64,000 bases of DNA from Gemmatimonadaceae bacterium (GCA_045803545.1 JBJMOW010000004.1:1120001-1184000); one strand, 5' to 3'. Positions 37,744 to 47,752 are shown, counted from the stretch's first letter. Made by a program: numbers and translations. The notes: generated from the sequence alone by a model not told the origin.

Positions 37744-39087
37744 ATGCGATTCCAAAGCCTTGCTTGCAGCCTCGTATTGATTGGTTTGGTCGCCTCAGCG
37801 AGCACCGCCGAGGCCCAAAGCAAATCCAAGAAAAAGGCGACGCGCACGACCAGAACAACTACCAGAAAGCCGGCGCCGGAGCCGGTACCCGCGCGCATCG
37901 ACTCGACGCTGGCTACTTCGCCAATCGCCGCAGCTGCCGTCGCCGACGAGCGCCAGCTCTTCATGAACGCCGCGCGCGGCGCGTGGGCATTCGTCGAGCG
38001 GAATTACCAGTCGTCAACCGGCCTCGCTCGGGCTCACGACACTTATCAGTACGTCACGTTGTGGGACGTCGCGAGCGCACTTGCCGCTACTTACTCCGCG
38101 CACGAGCTCGGCATGATCTCCGATGCACCGTTCAATCAGAGGATGCAGCGCGCCCTGGCCACACTGGGCTCCATGGACCTCTTCGACGGGGCGGCGTTCA
38201 ACAAATCGTATGATTCCCGGACTGGCCGGATGATCGATCGCGAACAGCGTCTTTCTTCGAAAGGATATGGATGGTCTACGACGGATATCGGCAGGCTGTT
38301 GATCTGGCTGCGCATCATCGCCGTGAATCAGCCCCAGTTCGCGCAGCAAACGACTGCAATCGTCCGACGTCTCAACGTGCCGCGGATGATCGCCAACGGT
38401 TATCTGCAGGGGAGCGATCTCGATCCGCAGACGGGCCAGCTTCGCGTTTATCCGGAGGGTCGCATCGGATACGAGCAGTACGCCGCCGCCGGTCTCGCAC
38501 TCTGGGGGTACCGCGCCGATAAAGCGCTCGACGCCAGTTTGAATGCGCTGCCCGTCAACGTGCTCGGCGTTTCAATCGTCGCCGATAAGCGCGGCGACGA
38601 GAGAGTCACCAGCGAGCCGTACATTATGATGGGGATGGAGACCGGCTGGTATTCGCCGGAACTTCGCGAGCAGGCCTGGCGCGTACTCGCGGCACAGGAA
38701 GCACGTTACAGGAGCACGGGCACACTGACCATGGTGAGCGAGGACGCCCTCCCTGATCCGCCATACTATTTCTATTACTACAACGTGTATCGACAGGGAC
38801 GTGCGTTCACAGTGGACGCGCCGGCAGGATCAGGCTATACGGATCGGCCGCGCTGGCTTAGCTCAAAGGCCGCGTACGCATGGCATGCGCTTTTGCCGAG
38901 TCCGTACACCCTTGCCGTAGTGCAGGCCGTCCAGGGCGCGATGATGCCCGGACGTGGTTGGGGCGCTGGAGTCTACGAGGGCACGCTGCGGCCAACTGGG
39001 GACGCGAGTCTGAACACTGCCGCGCTGATCCTCGAGGCGGCATGCTACAACCTGCGGGGCCATCCATTCCTGAGGACCAACCTCTAG
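37744..39087 (+). CDS. DUF3131 family exported protein (putative glucan-active alpha/alpha-barrel)
   Basis: Signal peptide; AWAFVERNY..TGL, TLWD, FNKSY, GWSTTDIGRLL, EGRIGYEQYAA and TSEPY motifs. Confidence 0.75.
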   Translation: MRFQSLACSLVLIGLVASASTAEAQSKSKKKATRTTRTTTRKPAPEPVPARIDSTLATSPIAAAAVADERQLFMNAARGAWAFVERNYQSSTGLARAHDTYQYVTLWDVASALAATYSAHELGMISDAPFNQRMQRALATLGSMDLFDGAAFNKSYDSRTGRMIDREQRLSSKGYGWSTTDIGRLLIWLRIIAVNQPQFAQQTTAIVRRLNVPRMIANGYLQGSDLDPQTGQLRVYPEGRIGYEQYAAAGLALWGYRADKALDASLNALPVNVLGVSIVADKRGDERVTSEPYIMMGMETGWYSPELREQAWRVLAAQEARYRSTGTLTMVSEDALPDPPYYFYYYNVYRQGRAFTVDAPAGSGYTDRPRWLSSKAAYAWHALLPSPYTLAVVQAVQGAMMPGRGWGAGVYEGTLRPTGDASLNTAALILEAACYNLRGHPFLRTNL

Positions 39088-39108
39088 ATGATCCTACCCG
39101 ACAAGAAC

Positions 39109-39144
39109 AAAAAAACGCCGGAGCGACTCGCTCCGGCGTTTTTT
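39109..39144. terminator. Bidirectional intrinsic terminator
   Basis: A7-CGCCGGAGCGA-C-TCGCTCCGGCG-T6 between convergent genes. Confidence 0.9.
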
Positions 39145-39158
39145 CCCGTGTCGTAATT

Positions 39159-40259
39159 CTATAGGACGCTGCGCTGTGCCAGGCCGAGTGCGTAATCAGC
39201 CATCCACGAGCCAGCGCTCGGCGCACCGTTGCACGACCCGTCCGACTCACCGGGCGCCTTGACCCACAGATAGGCATCAACGAGCGGATCGGCGGTGAAC
39301 GTCGTCGACGCCGTACCAAGACCGCGGCCAGCCGGATTGCACCATGCATTGTCTGCGGTTGGTCCCAAGCCGTTGCGGCTCGTGTCGATGATGAAATGCT
39401 TTCCGCCGATCAACGCTGAAATCGCCTTGCCATAACTGATCGCACTCGACGTGTACTGGAAGTTCGACACGTTGACGAAGAAACCATCAGCGGCGCCGAC
39501 GCTCGCTCTCGCGAGGAGCGACGCCTGTTCGCTTGCCGACTTCCACGCCGAGTGGCCGCCGTCGAGATAGACAACGGCTCCGTTGGCTTTGAGAACTGCG
39601 ATCGCGTACTGAAGAAGATTGGTTCGCGTTGTCTGATCCGTGCTGCTAAGGCAGCCGATCTGAGTGACTGCGTCCGGTTCGAGGACGATGACCGCGTGAC
39701 TGGTTCCGAGCGCCGTCGCGAACGCGGAGATCCACGTCTTGTAGCCGTCGGCCGTAGTGCCACCAGCGGAATAACCTCCGCAATCACGCTGCGGAATGTT
39801 GTAGGCGACGAAGACCGGCCGGGCTCCGGTGCCAGCAACTGTCGCAACGGCCTTGGCGACGGCTGTCCCGATGTCTCCGCTCCAACCGCCGAACCACTGC
39901 GCCTGCGAGTTCTGCGCGATCTTGTCCATCTGCGCTGCGTCCGCAGGGCGCGTCGTCCGCCAGGAATCGGCTGTCTGCTTTGCGTTCGAGTATGGGTTCA
40001 CCCAGAACGAAACCCCGCTGATCGGGTTCGTGCCGACCGGAATCGGTGGCGGCGCCGGATCGGTGATCGGAGGTGGAGGAGGAGTGGTGCTCCCACCTTT
40101 CTTGTGCCTGGCGTCGGCCGTTCCGTCTGGCGAGATTGCGTCGCCAGCGCATGCGGCAAGTGAGACGATCGCGCTTGCCACGAGAACATAGCGCAGGAGA
40201 TTTTCGGACCAGCGACCAGAGGCGCGCCGGTGTCCCAGTGCAACTTGTGATACTGCCAT
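39159..40259 (-). CDS. Glycoside hydrolase family 6 (cellulase) lipoprotein
   Basis: Lipobox LAAC; Pro-rich linker; YNIPQRDC, LEPD, YLDGGH, NVSNF, DTSRNG, WCNP and WVKAPGESDG motifs. Confidence 0.93.
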   Translation of the reverse strand: MAVSQVALGHRRASGRWSENLLRYVLVASAIVSLAACAGDAISPDGTADARHKKGGSTTPPPPPITDPAPPPIPVGTNPISGVSFWVNPYSNAKQTADSWRTTRPADAAQMDKIAQNSQAQWFGGWSGDIGTAVAKAVATVAGTGARPVFVAYNIPQRDCGGYSAGGTTADGYKTWISAFATALGTSHAVIVLEPDAVTQIGCLSSTDQTTRTNLLQYAIAVLKANGAVVYLDGGHSAWKSASEQASLLARASVGAADGFFVNVSNFQYTSSAISYGKAISALIGGKHFIIDTSRNGLGPTADNAWCNPAGRGLGTASTTFTADPLVDAYLWVKAPGESDGSCNGAPSAGSWMADYALGLAQRSVL

Positions 40260-40270
40260 TTTTTTTTCTC

Positions 40271-40367
40271 TCTCTTCGGAAGCGCGTCCGGCCTGACTGA
40301 CCACGGTCAGCGTTAGCCACGGAGCTTTGCGTCTCCACTTTTCAGTGGATTTGCCCTTAAACGGAGA
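40271..40367 (-). ncRNA. Cyclic di-GMP-I (GEMM-I) riboswitch
   Basis: Minus strand: UCUCCGUUUAAGGGCAAA-UCCACU-GAAA-AGUGGA-GACGCAAA-GCUCCGUGGCUAAC...GCGCUUCCGAAGA. It has the GGGCAAA and GACGCAAA elements, a GAAA tetraloop, a CUAA receptor and the 3' CCGA. Confidence 0.9.
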
Positions 40368-40416
40368 TCATCCGCGAGCACTAGAAAGCCGTGCTCCGGA
40401 CAGTGAACGAGGGGCA

Positions 40417-40445
40417 ACTATACGGCCGTATGTCCACTGTGTCAA
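40417..40445 (-). promoter_or_regulatory. Sigma70 promoter of the riboswitch-GH6 transcript
   Basis: TTGACA-N17-TATAGT on the minus strand. Confidence 0.8.
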
Positions 40446-40632
40446 TCAAATTTTTACCGTGGCGGAACGCGTTGTGCCATAGGCAGTTACACTGCTGAGC
40501 TAGAGCGCAAAACAACCTCATCAGCGCCAGGTGTTCACTACGGGTGACAAAGGGTTCGGACACCTGGACGGGCGGCTAGCTGTCGTCTCTGGGTTTACCT
40601 TTTTCGCGTCTATGAAGCGAACGGAGCGTGAG

Positions 40633-41004
40633 ATGACGGGCAGCAGTGTCAGTTTTTATCGCTGGAACGACATGAAGAAAGAGCGCGTGAGCGACATGCT
40701 TGAACGTCGACTGATCACCGGCGATCGCATGATGCTCGCTCATGTCTATCTGAGAAAAGGCTGCATCGTCCCCAAGCACTCGCACGAAAACGAGCAGCTC
40801 ACGTACATTCTCGAGGGTGCGCTCAAGTTCTGGATCGGTGAAGATCAGAAAGAGGAAGTCATTGTTCGCGCTGGCGAAGTTCTGCTGATTCCCTCGCGCG
40901 TTCCCCACAAGGCTGAAGCTCTCGAAGAAACCCTCGATGTCGATGTGTTCAGTCCCCCGCGCCAGGATTGGCTTGCCAAGACCGACGACTATCTGAGGCG
41001 CTGA
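40633..41004 (+). CDS. Cupin domain protein
   Basis: PKHSHENEQLTYILEG and IPSRVPH motifs; GGAG RBS before 40633 (alternative start 40612). Confidence 0.9.
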   Translation: MTGSSVSFYRWNDMKKERVSDMLERRLITGDRMMLAHVYLRKGCIVPKHSHENEQLTYILEGALKFWIGEDQKEEVIVRAGEVLLIPSRVPHKAEALEETLDVDVFSPPRQDWLAKTDDYLRR

Positions 41005-41796
41005 GTGGACCTCGGACTTCGCGGCAAGATCGCCATCGTCGCCGCCAGCAGTAAGGGACTCGGCCGCGCCATCGCCGAGGAGCTTGCTGCCGAAGGAGCG
41101 AACCTGGTTATGTGTGCGCGCGGCGAAGATGCGTTGCGGGAAACCGCCGATTCCGTCCGCAAAACCTTTGGTGTGGACGTGGTGGAAATCGCCGCGGACG
41201 TCTCGCAGCAATCCGGCATCGATCTCGTTGCAAAGACAGCGCTCGATGCGTTCGGCAGAGTAGACGTTCTCGTAACGAACTCCGGCGGCCCACCAAGCGG
41301 AAGCTTCGACAGCTTGACACCGGAATCGTGGGAAAGTGCAACCCGTCTCCTGTTGTACAGCGCGGTCGGTTTGACCCGGGCCGTGCTGCCCGGGATGAAG
41401 GAGCGCCGCTGGGGACGCATTCTCAACGTCACGTCCATCGCGGTGAAGCAACCCATCGATGGTTTAATGCTTTCGAACAGTCTGCGCGCTGCTGTGACGG
41501 GGTTCGCGCGAACGCTCGCAAACGAAGTGGCGTCGTTCAACATCACAGTGAACAACCTCATGCCTGGCTACACGCGTACTGATCGCGTGGAGCAGCTCGC
41601 ACGCGCGAGCAGCGAAAAGACCGGTGCTTCTCTCAAGGAGTCGTACGCGCGTTGGGAGAAGGAAATTCCGATGGGTCGACTTGGCGAACCGCGCGAATTC
41701 GCCGCACTCGCCGCGTTCCTCGCCTCGGAGCGGGCCAGTTACATCACCGGCAGCTCTATCGCCGTCGACGGTGGGTGGATCCGCGCCCTGATCTAA
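41005..41796 (+). CDS. SDR family oxidoreductase
   Basis: AASSKGLG, VTNSGGPP, SNSLR (atypical catalytic motif), PGYTRT and VDGG motifs. Confidence 0.92.
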   Translation: MDLGLRGKIAIVAASSKGLGRAIAEELAAEGANLVMCARGEDALRETADSVRKTFGVDVVEIAADVSQQSGIDLVAKTALDAFGRVDVLVTNSGGPPSGSFDSLTPESWESATRLLLYSAVGLTRAVLPGMKERRWGRILNVTSIAVKQPIDGLMLSNSLRAAVTGFARTLANEVASFNITVNNLMPGYTRTDRVEQLARASSEKTGASLKESYARWEKEIPMGRLGEPREFAALAAFLASERASYITGSSIAVDGGWIRALI

Positions 41797-41917
41797 TCGC
41801 GTTCAGCCGCGAGTAAACGCTATGGCGCCTCGCGACATCATGTATCCAGAGACAACTGGAGAGGTAGTGTCGGCCGGGTCAGGCGCAGTGTTGGTACACC
41901 CCTATATTGGGCATCCA

Positions 41918-42559
41918 ATGTTCAGACGAGGGAAACGGAAACGCGCCGAGTCGATTGAAAAAGCGACGCCGTTCCGCGACCGGGCGACGTACGCGCTCGA
42001 TGTCCAATTGGCGTCGCTCGCATCGGCAGGCGACGACGCAGCCTTCACGTCGCTGGTTACTCGCTTCCAGCCGGCCGTCTTTCGTTGGTCGTTGATCTTT
42101 GCTCGCGATCCGGACGAAGCCGAAGACATCACGCAGGAGGTTTTCGTACGCGTGCATCGGCAGATCGGTAACTATCGATCGGACGGGCCCCTCGAGGCCT
42201 GGCTATATCGGATTACTCTTCGAACGGCCACTCAGCTGCGTCGCAAGCGCGGTCGTCGCACGCGACTCGTGATGTCGCCAGCCGCTCGTCCAGATCGCGA
42301 TGTCTACACTACAGATCCGGGCGGCCGGGTCGATCGCCAGCGTGCGGCCGACGTCATCCGCGAGCTTTTCGCCGATTTGCCGCGACGCCAGCGTGAGATC
42401 TTTGATCTGGTCGATCTTCAGGGTCTGTCGCCATCGGAAGTTGCCGAGCGCACCGGTATGAAACCGGTGTCCGTACGCGCGAATCTATTCAAAGCGCGCC
42501 AGGCAATTCGTGACGGGCTGCTTGCCACTCATCCCGCCTATAGCGAGCTGTCGAGATGA
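41918..42559 (+). CDS. ECF RNA polymerase sigma factor
   Basis: AEDITQEVF, AWLYRI and the region 4 sequence 'LPRRQREIF..GLSPSEVA..SVRANLFKAR'; start 41918 or 41822. Confidence 0.92.
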   Translation: MFRRGKRKRAESIEKATPFRDRATYALDVQLASLASAGDDAAFTSLVTRFQPAVFRWSLIFARDPDEAEDITQEVFVRVHRQIGNYRSDGPLEAWLYRITLRTATQLRRKRGRRTRLVMSPAARPDRDVYTTDPGGRVDRQRAADVIRELFADLPRRQREIFDLVDLQGLSPSEVAERTGMKPVSVRANLFKARQAIRDGLLATHPAYSELSR

Positions 42560-43227
42560 ACTGCCGTGAATGCCTCGAGGAGCTCGCCATCGGCTCGCTG
42601 CGTGAGCTCACTCCCGAGTCGGCTGTCTCGCGCCATGCTGCAGGCTGTCCGGACTGCGGTCCGCTACTCACTCAGCTTCGGGATCGGGAGTACCACGCAG
42701 CGACTGTTCTCAACAATCTGCCGCCGTTCAGTGACCCGGTTGCCGTAGCGGAAAGCTCGGGGCGCCTGGCCCGGCGCCGTCGAATGGGTGGTGTCGTCGT
42801 AACCCTAATGGCGATCGCACTTGGACTCACGATCTGGTTTGCCGCAGACACGATGATATCCGATTTCGGTCATTCGCAATTACGCGACAATCTCCGCACC
42901 GAAACGATCTCCCTGTCGTGTCTTACGCCAGAACAGGCTGGCGAGATCATCTCGCCGTACGTTCGGACGCGGGGCAGCACTTACTACGTTGGACCACCGG
43001 GCGTCGCGGCGATCACAGTTCGTGCTACGCCGGGCGAGCTCTCGCAGGTGCGGACCCTGCTTCGGGATTTTGATACCGGTCGTAATGCATCCTGTCATGC
43101 GGACATGGCCACAACTTTCCGGCAGCTCGACCGGCAATTAAAGGAGCTTCAGAAGCTTCAACCTGTTCTCGCTGGTGTGAAACCGAACCCCGTCACGACA
43201 AAGCCGGACAACCCGAAAGAAAAATAA
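42556..43227 (+). CDS. Zinc-finger anti-sigma factor (ZAS), TM helix, periplasmic secretin-N-like domain
   Basis: HAAGCPDC (HxxxCxxC); TM helix; ATGA overlap with the sigma gene. Confidence 0.75.
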   Translation: MNCRECLEELAIGSLRELTPESAVSRHAAGCPDCGPLLTQLRDREYHAATVLNNLPPFSDPVAVAESSGRLARRRRMGGVVVTLMAIALGLTIWFAADTMISDFGHSQLRDNLRTETISLSCLTPEQAGEIISPYVRTRGSTYYVGPPGVAAITVRATPGELSQVRTLLRDFDTGRNASCHADMATTFRQLDRQLKELQKLQPVLAGVKPNPVTTKPDNPKEK

Positions 43228-43338
43228 GAGTCGATCGGACTCGGGCTGATCCAACCCTTTCCCCCGAAAAGCTGTCTGAACCATTACTCCGATTCTCCCG
43301 TCTAAAATTCGACTGCTCGTTCCCCAACCCGTTCGAGT

Positions 43339-46065
43339 ATGAATCTTTTCCGTCCTCTCCTTGGCGCCGTTCTTTCTGTTGCCCTCACCGACGCGCTCCT
43401 CGCGCAGAATCCCACTTATCCGCCGCAGCCAGCGGTCGCACCTCAAATCACGAGTGACCAGGCTCCGCAGAGGGCGCTCGCCGCGCGCAACATGCGCGCG
43501 AGTCGCGCGGCGGGAGCGATCAGAATCGACGGCAAGCTGGATGAGCCTTCGTGGCAGGCCGCTGTGCCATCGTCGGATTTCATGCAAAGCTACCCGAAGG
43601 TTGGCGGCACGCCCACCGACCGAACCGAGGTTCGCGTTCTCTATGACGATGAGGCGCTTTACGTCGGCGTTCGGATGTTCGACTCGCGTCCTGATTCAAT
43701 CGCCGCGCAGCTGGCCCGACGCGACGCCTCGGGCATCTACTCGGACTGGCTGCACGTCATGATTGACTCGTATCGCGATCGGCGAACGGCGTGGCGCTTT
43801 TCAGTCAATCCGAAAGGCGTGCAGAAGGATGTGCTGGAATACGACGACCGCGCGGGTGAGGATCTGAACTGGGATGCAGTCTGGCAAGTTGCGACGCGCA
43901 TCGATTCTGCCGGTTGGGTTGCCGAGTACAGGATTCCATTCTCGCAATTGCGATTCGGTGGCGTGCCGCGTGGCGTCGAGCGCATTTGGGGATTCCAGGT
44001 CATGCGCGACGTCGCGCGACGCAACGAGCGCGACAGCTGGTCTTCGTGGAAGACAACGGATCCCGGTTTCGTTTCCAACGAAGGTGATCTCGCAGGAATC
44101 GTCGACATCCCGACTCCGCGGCGCTTCGAAGTCATGCCTTACGCCAGCACGAAGTTGACGCGCGCTCCAGGCGACCCTGCTAATCCCTTCTACAAGGCCA
44201 ACGACGCCAAGCCCTCCGCAGGAGCCGATCTCAAGTACGGGTTACCGAACGGTCTCACCTTAACGGCAACGGTCAATCCTGATTTCGGGCAGGTCGAAGT
44301 CGATCCCGCGGTCGTCAATCTTTCCGCCTATGAGACGTTCTTCCCGGAGAAGAGGCCCTTTTTCATTGAAGGAGCGAACATCTTCAACATCGGCTCGATC
44401 CAGGGCGGGCCGTCGTACGGCAGCCAGCAAATTTTCTACTCGCGCAGAATCGGTCGGCCGCCGCAGCGGTTCGTCAGTGGGCAGTACGTCGATGCCCCCG
44501 ATGGAACGACCATCATTGGCGCAGGGAAGCTGACCGGCAAGGTTGGATCGTGGACGGTCGGAGTGCTGAACGCGCTGACTTCCGAGGAGAAGGCGCGCGT
44601 CATCGACGCTTCGAGTATCGAATCGACGACACCGGTCGAGCCCCTTTCCAATTACTTCGTCGGTCGCGTGCGTCGCGATTACAGAGGCGGGGCGACGGTC
44701 TTGAGCATTGGGGGCACCGCGGTCAATCGCGATCTAAGCGATGCGGTGTTCAAGAACTTGCTTCGCTCGAGTGCTGATGTCGGAAGCGTCGACTTCGAGA
44801 ATCGCTGGGGCCGGCAAACAATTACGGGTGCCTTCTCGAAATCCCTGATTCAGGGATCGCAATCGGTGATCAGAAACGCGCAGCTCTCCAGCGCGCGTTA
44901 CTATCAGCGGCCCGACGCGGACTACCTCGGTGTCGACTCGACGCGAAATTCTCTCGACGGATATTCGGCGAAGCTTGGTTACAACCTGTCGGGTGACTGG
45001 TCGTACTCGCTAACACTCAAGGACATCAGTCCCGGTTACGAGGTAAACGACCTCGGATTCATGGGACGCGTCGACTATCGCAACGTCGGCATGGGCGGAT
45101 CGTACAACAACCAAACTCCCGGCAAGCTCCTGCGCGGTTACAACCTGTTCGCCGGGACCAACCATGCGTGGAACCACGGCGGTAACAAGCTGTGGACGAG
45201 CTTCTTCAATCAGGTGACTCTCAACTTCAACAATCTCTGGTCGTTCTACACCGGCGGGGAATACGATCCGAGCGCGATCGACGATCGCCTCACGCGCGGG
45301 GGTCCGCTTGGACGACAGCCCACGCAGTGGGGCGCCTGGTTCGAGCTCGATACCGATACTCGACCAGTGCTCTCCTACATTTTCACAGGCAATTATTACG
45401 GCGACGAGAAACACGGGTACAGCAAGGACATTGGCGTTGGCGTAGTGGTTCGCCCAAGCTCCTCCGTCCGCGTTACCGTGACACCGGATCTGACGCGGTA
45501 CCACAACACCATACAATTCGTGCAAAGTGCCGGAGACCCGCTCGCTACCAGCACTTTTGGGCGACGCTACATCTTTGCCGATATCTATCAGACAACGTTG
45601 TCGGCGACTACGCGCGTGGAGTGGACGCTGACACCGATGCTCTCCTTCCAGATGTACGCGCAGCCCTTTGCATCGGCCGGTAAGTACAAGGGCTTCAAGG
45701 AGCTCGCGCAACCGGCAACTCAGAACTACCTGGTTTACGGGCGGGGTAATGGAAGCACGCTCAGTGCTGTTACCGATGCACAGACCGGTAACGTCACGGC
45801 GTACACGGTCGATCCGGATGGCGGCGGCGCGGCACCTTCGTTCAGCATCGACAATCCAGACTTCCGCACCCACTCGCTGCGTGGCAACGCAGTCGTGCGC
45901 TGGGAATATCGCCCCGGCTCCGCACTCTATTTCGTGTGGCAGCAGGAGCGCAGCGACTTTCTTCCGTTTGAAGGCGATTTCAGAGCGGGTCGCGAAACGG
46001 CGGCGATCTTTGGCCGGCCGAGTAACGTGTTCCTGGTCAAGGCCAGCTATTGGTTCGCGCGATAG
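43339..46065 (+). CDS. CBM9-like domain plus DUF5916 outer-membrane protein
   Basis: Signal peptide; IDGKLDEPSW, YDDEALYV, AEYRIPFS, NPDFGQVEVD, FFPEKRPFFIEG and FYSRRIG motifs; ends KASYWF. Confidence 0.85.
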   Translation: MNLFRPLLGAVLSVALTDALLAQNPTYPPQPAVAPQITSDQAPQRALAARNMRASRAAGAIRIDGKLDEPSWQAAVPSSDFMQSYPKVGGTPTDRTEVRVLYDDEALYVGVRMFDSRPDSIAAQLARRDASGIYSDWLHVMIDSYRDRRTAWRFSVNPKGVQKDVLEYDDRAGEDLNWDAVWQVATRIDSAGWVAEYRIPFSQLRFGGVPRGVERIWGFQVMRDVARRNERDSWSSWKTTDPGFVSNEGDLAGIVDIPTPRRFEVMPYASTKLTRAPGDPANPFYKANDAKPSAGADLKYGLPNGLTLTATVNPDFGQVEVDPAVVNLSAYETFFPEKRPFFIEGANIFNIGSIQGGPSYGSQQIFYSRRIGRPPQRFVSGQYVDAPDGTTIIGAGKLTGKVGSWTVGVLNALTSEEKARVIDASSIESTTPVEPLSNYFVGRVRRDYRGGATVLSIGGTAVNRDLSDAVFKNLLRSSADVGSVDFENRWGRQTITGAFSKSLIQGSQSVIRNAQLSSARYYQRPDADYLGVDSTRNSLDGYSAKLGYNLSGDWSYSLTLKDISPGYEVNDLGFMGRVDYRNVGMGGSYNNQTPGKLLRGYNLFAGTNHAWNHGGNKLWTSFFNQVTLNFNNLWSFYTGGEYDPSAIDDRLTRGGPLGRQPTQWGAWFELDTDTRPVLSYIFTGNYYGDEKHGYSKDIGVGVVVRPSSSVRVTVTPDLTRYHNTIQFVQSAGDPLATSTFGRRYIFADIYQTTLSATTRVEWTLTPMLSFQMYAQPFASAGKYKGFKELAQPATQNYLVYGRGNGSTLSAVTDAQTGNVTAYTVDPDGGGAAPSFSIDNPDFRTHSLRGNAVVRWEYRPGSALYFVWQQERSDFLPFEGDFRAGRETAAIFGRPSNVFLVKASYWFAR

Positions 46066-46122
46066 TTTTCCTTCGTAACTTCGTGCAGAGTCGCGGGTGA
46101 CCGCGTCGGAGTTAAGATACCG

Positions 46123-46152
46123 AGCCCGCCCGGATTCCGGGCGGGCTTTTTT
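46123..46152 (+). terminator. Intrinsic terminator
   Basis: GCCCGCCCGG-ATT-CCGGGCGGGC followed by T6. Confidence 0.85.
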
Positions 46153-46183
46153 ATCGGCCCAGTTGTCGACGCATATTTCCGAG

Positions 46184-47752
46184 ATGCATCGAACCATTCG
46201 CCTCGCGATTCAGATCGCGGTCATTGCTGCTGTCGTGGTTGCGCTCCCGTACAAGTTGTTCGAGCTGGATCGCTATTTCGTGCCGAAGGAGCTTGTGCTC
46301 AACGCTGCCGCGTTGATCGTAACGACAGCGCTGGTGGTGAAGCGACGCTCGCTCCAGTTTGACCTCGTCGACGGCCTGATTGCCCTGTTTCTCCTATGGA
46401 GCGTCGCATCGGCGATCTTCGCGTCCAATCACTGGCTCGCTCAGCGATCGCTCGCCATCAGTATCTCTGGCGCGGTCATTTTCTGGGGCGCACGTTCGAT
46501 CGCGCCGACTTCCTACCGCTCGATTCTGGCTGCCTGCGCGACCGCCACAGTGTGCACCGCTGCTTTTTGCCTGGCGCAGGCCTACGGGCTCGACACTGAG
46601 TACTTCAGCGCTAACCGCGTGCCCGGCGGGACTTTCGGCAACAGAAATTTTGTCGCCCACATCGCAGCAATCGGATTGCCGACATTAGCGTGGTGCACTG
46701 TCACAGCACGCAAACAGATTGGCGCGCTGCTCGGCTCCCTCGGCGCTGCGCTCGTCGCCGGTGCACTGGTGCTGTCGCGGTCGCGTGGTGCCTGGCTGGC
46801 GGTGGCGGCATCAGCGGCAGTGCTTTTGATCCCGCTCATTGCTTCACGCAGGTATTGGCGCGGATCGCACATTGGCGGCCGCTTCGCGCGGCTGATGCTC
46901 GCGACGGCTATTGGTGGAATGATTGCGCTCGCTCTTCCCAACTCCCTGAACTGGAACAGCGAGTCGCCGTATCTTGACTCGGCGCGCGGTATGATCGACT
47001 ACAAGAAAGGCAGCGGCCGGGGCCGCGTCGCACAGTACAAGAACTCGTTACGGATGGCAGCGTCGAATCCCGTATTCGGCGTGGGGCCGGGAAACTGGCC
47101 GGTAGAGTATGTGCGCTACGCACCGGCTGGCGATCCGTCGTTAACGGACGAAAGGATGACGGCGAATCCCTGGCCCAGCAGCGACTGGATCGCGTTCGTG
47201 TCTGAGCGCGGATTCATCCCCACGATCGCGCTTTTGTCGACGTTCGTGATGCTGTTCTTGAGTTCGCTGCGTCGCTGGTCCGAGCTCGAGAATCCGGACG
47301 CTGTTCTTGCGCAGTGCGTGCTCGCTGGAACGATTGTGGCAACGATTGTCGTAAGCGCATTCGACGTTGTGCTCATTCTCGGCGCTCCTTCGCTCCTCGT
47401 CTGGAGTATTCTGGGCGCAACCAGCGGTCTGCGCCGCGGCGCGAAGGCCGTTGAGGTTTCGTCTCGCACACTCGGGTTTGCCGCGGGTGCCTTGTTGGTT
47501 GCCTCGCTGATTGCGGTCGTGCGCAGCGCAACCCAGACGATGGCGATGACCTCGGTCGGTCGCGGCGGCTACACCGCTGGGTGGATAGAAGGGGCGATGT
47601 GGGATCCCGGCAGCTATCGCATCAACTATCGAGTCGCGGAGTTGTATTCTCGTCGCGGGCGATGTTCGATCGCGCGCGGGTATGCGAAGCAGGCGGTATC
47701 GCTCTTTCCCAATTCATCTCAGGCAAAGCGAATGGCGCGCAACTGCGACTAA
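46184..47752 (+). CDS. O-antigen ligase / O-oligosaccharyltransferase-like membrane protein with C-terminal TPR-like helices
   Basis: Many TM helices; GTFGNRN, SRSRGAW, GR..QY and NPVFGVGPGNW (Wzy_C motifs). Confidence 0.8.
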   Translation: MHRTIRLAIQIAVIAAVVVALPYKLFELDRYFVPKELVLNAAALIVTTALVVKRRSLQFDLVDGLIALFLLWSVASAIFASNHWLAQRSLAISISGAVIFWGARSIAPTSYRSILAACATATVCTAAFCLAQAYGLDTEYFSANRVPGGTFGNRNFVAHIAAIGLPTLAWCTVTARKQIGALLGSLGAALVAGALVLSRSRGAWLAVAASAAVLLIPLIASRRYWRGSHIGGRFARLMLATAIGGMIALALPNSLNWNSESPYLDSARGMIDYKKGSGRGRVAQYKNSLRMAASNPVFGVGPGNWPVEYVRYAPAGDPSLTDERMTANPWPSSDWIAFVSERGFIPTIALLSTFVMLFLSSLRRWSELENPDAVLAQCVLAGTIVATIVVSAFDVVLILGAPSLLVWSILGATSGLRRGAKAVEVSSRTLGFAAGALLVASLIAVVRSATQTMAMTSVGRGGYTAGWIEGAMWDPGSYRINYRVAELYSRRGRCSIARGYAKQAVSLFPNSSQAKRMARNCD

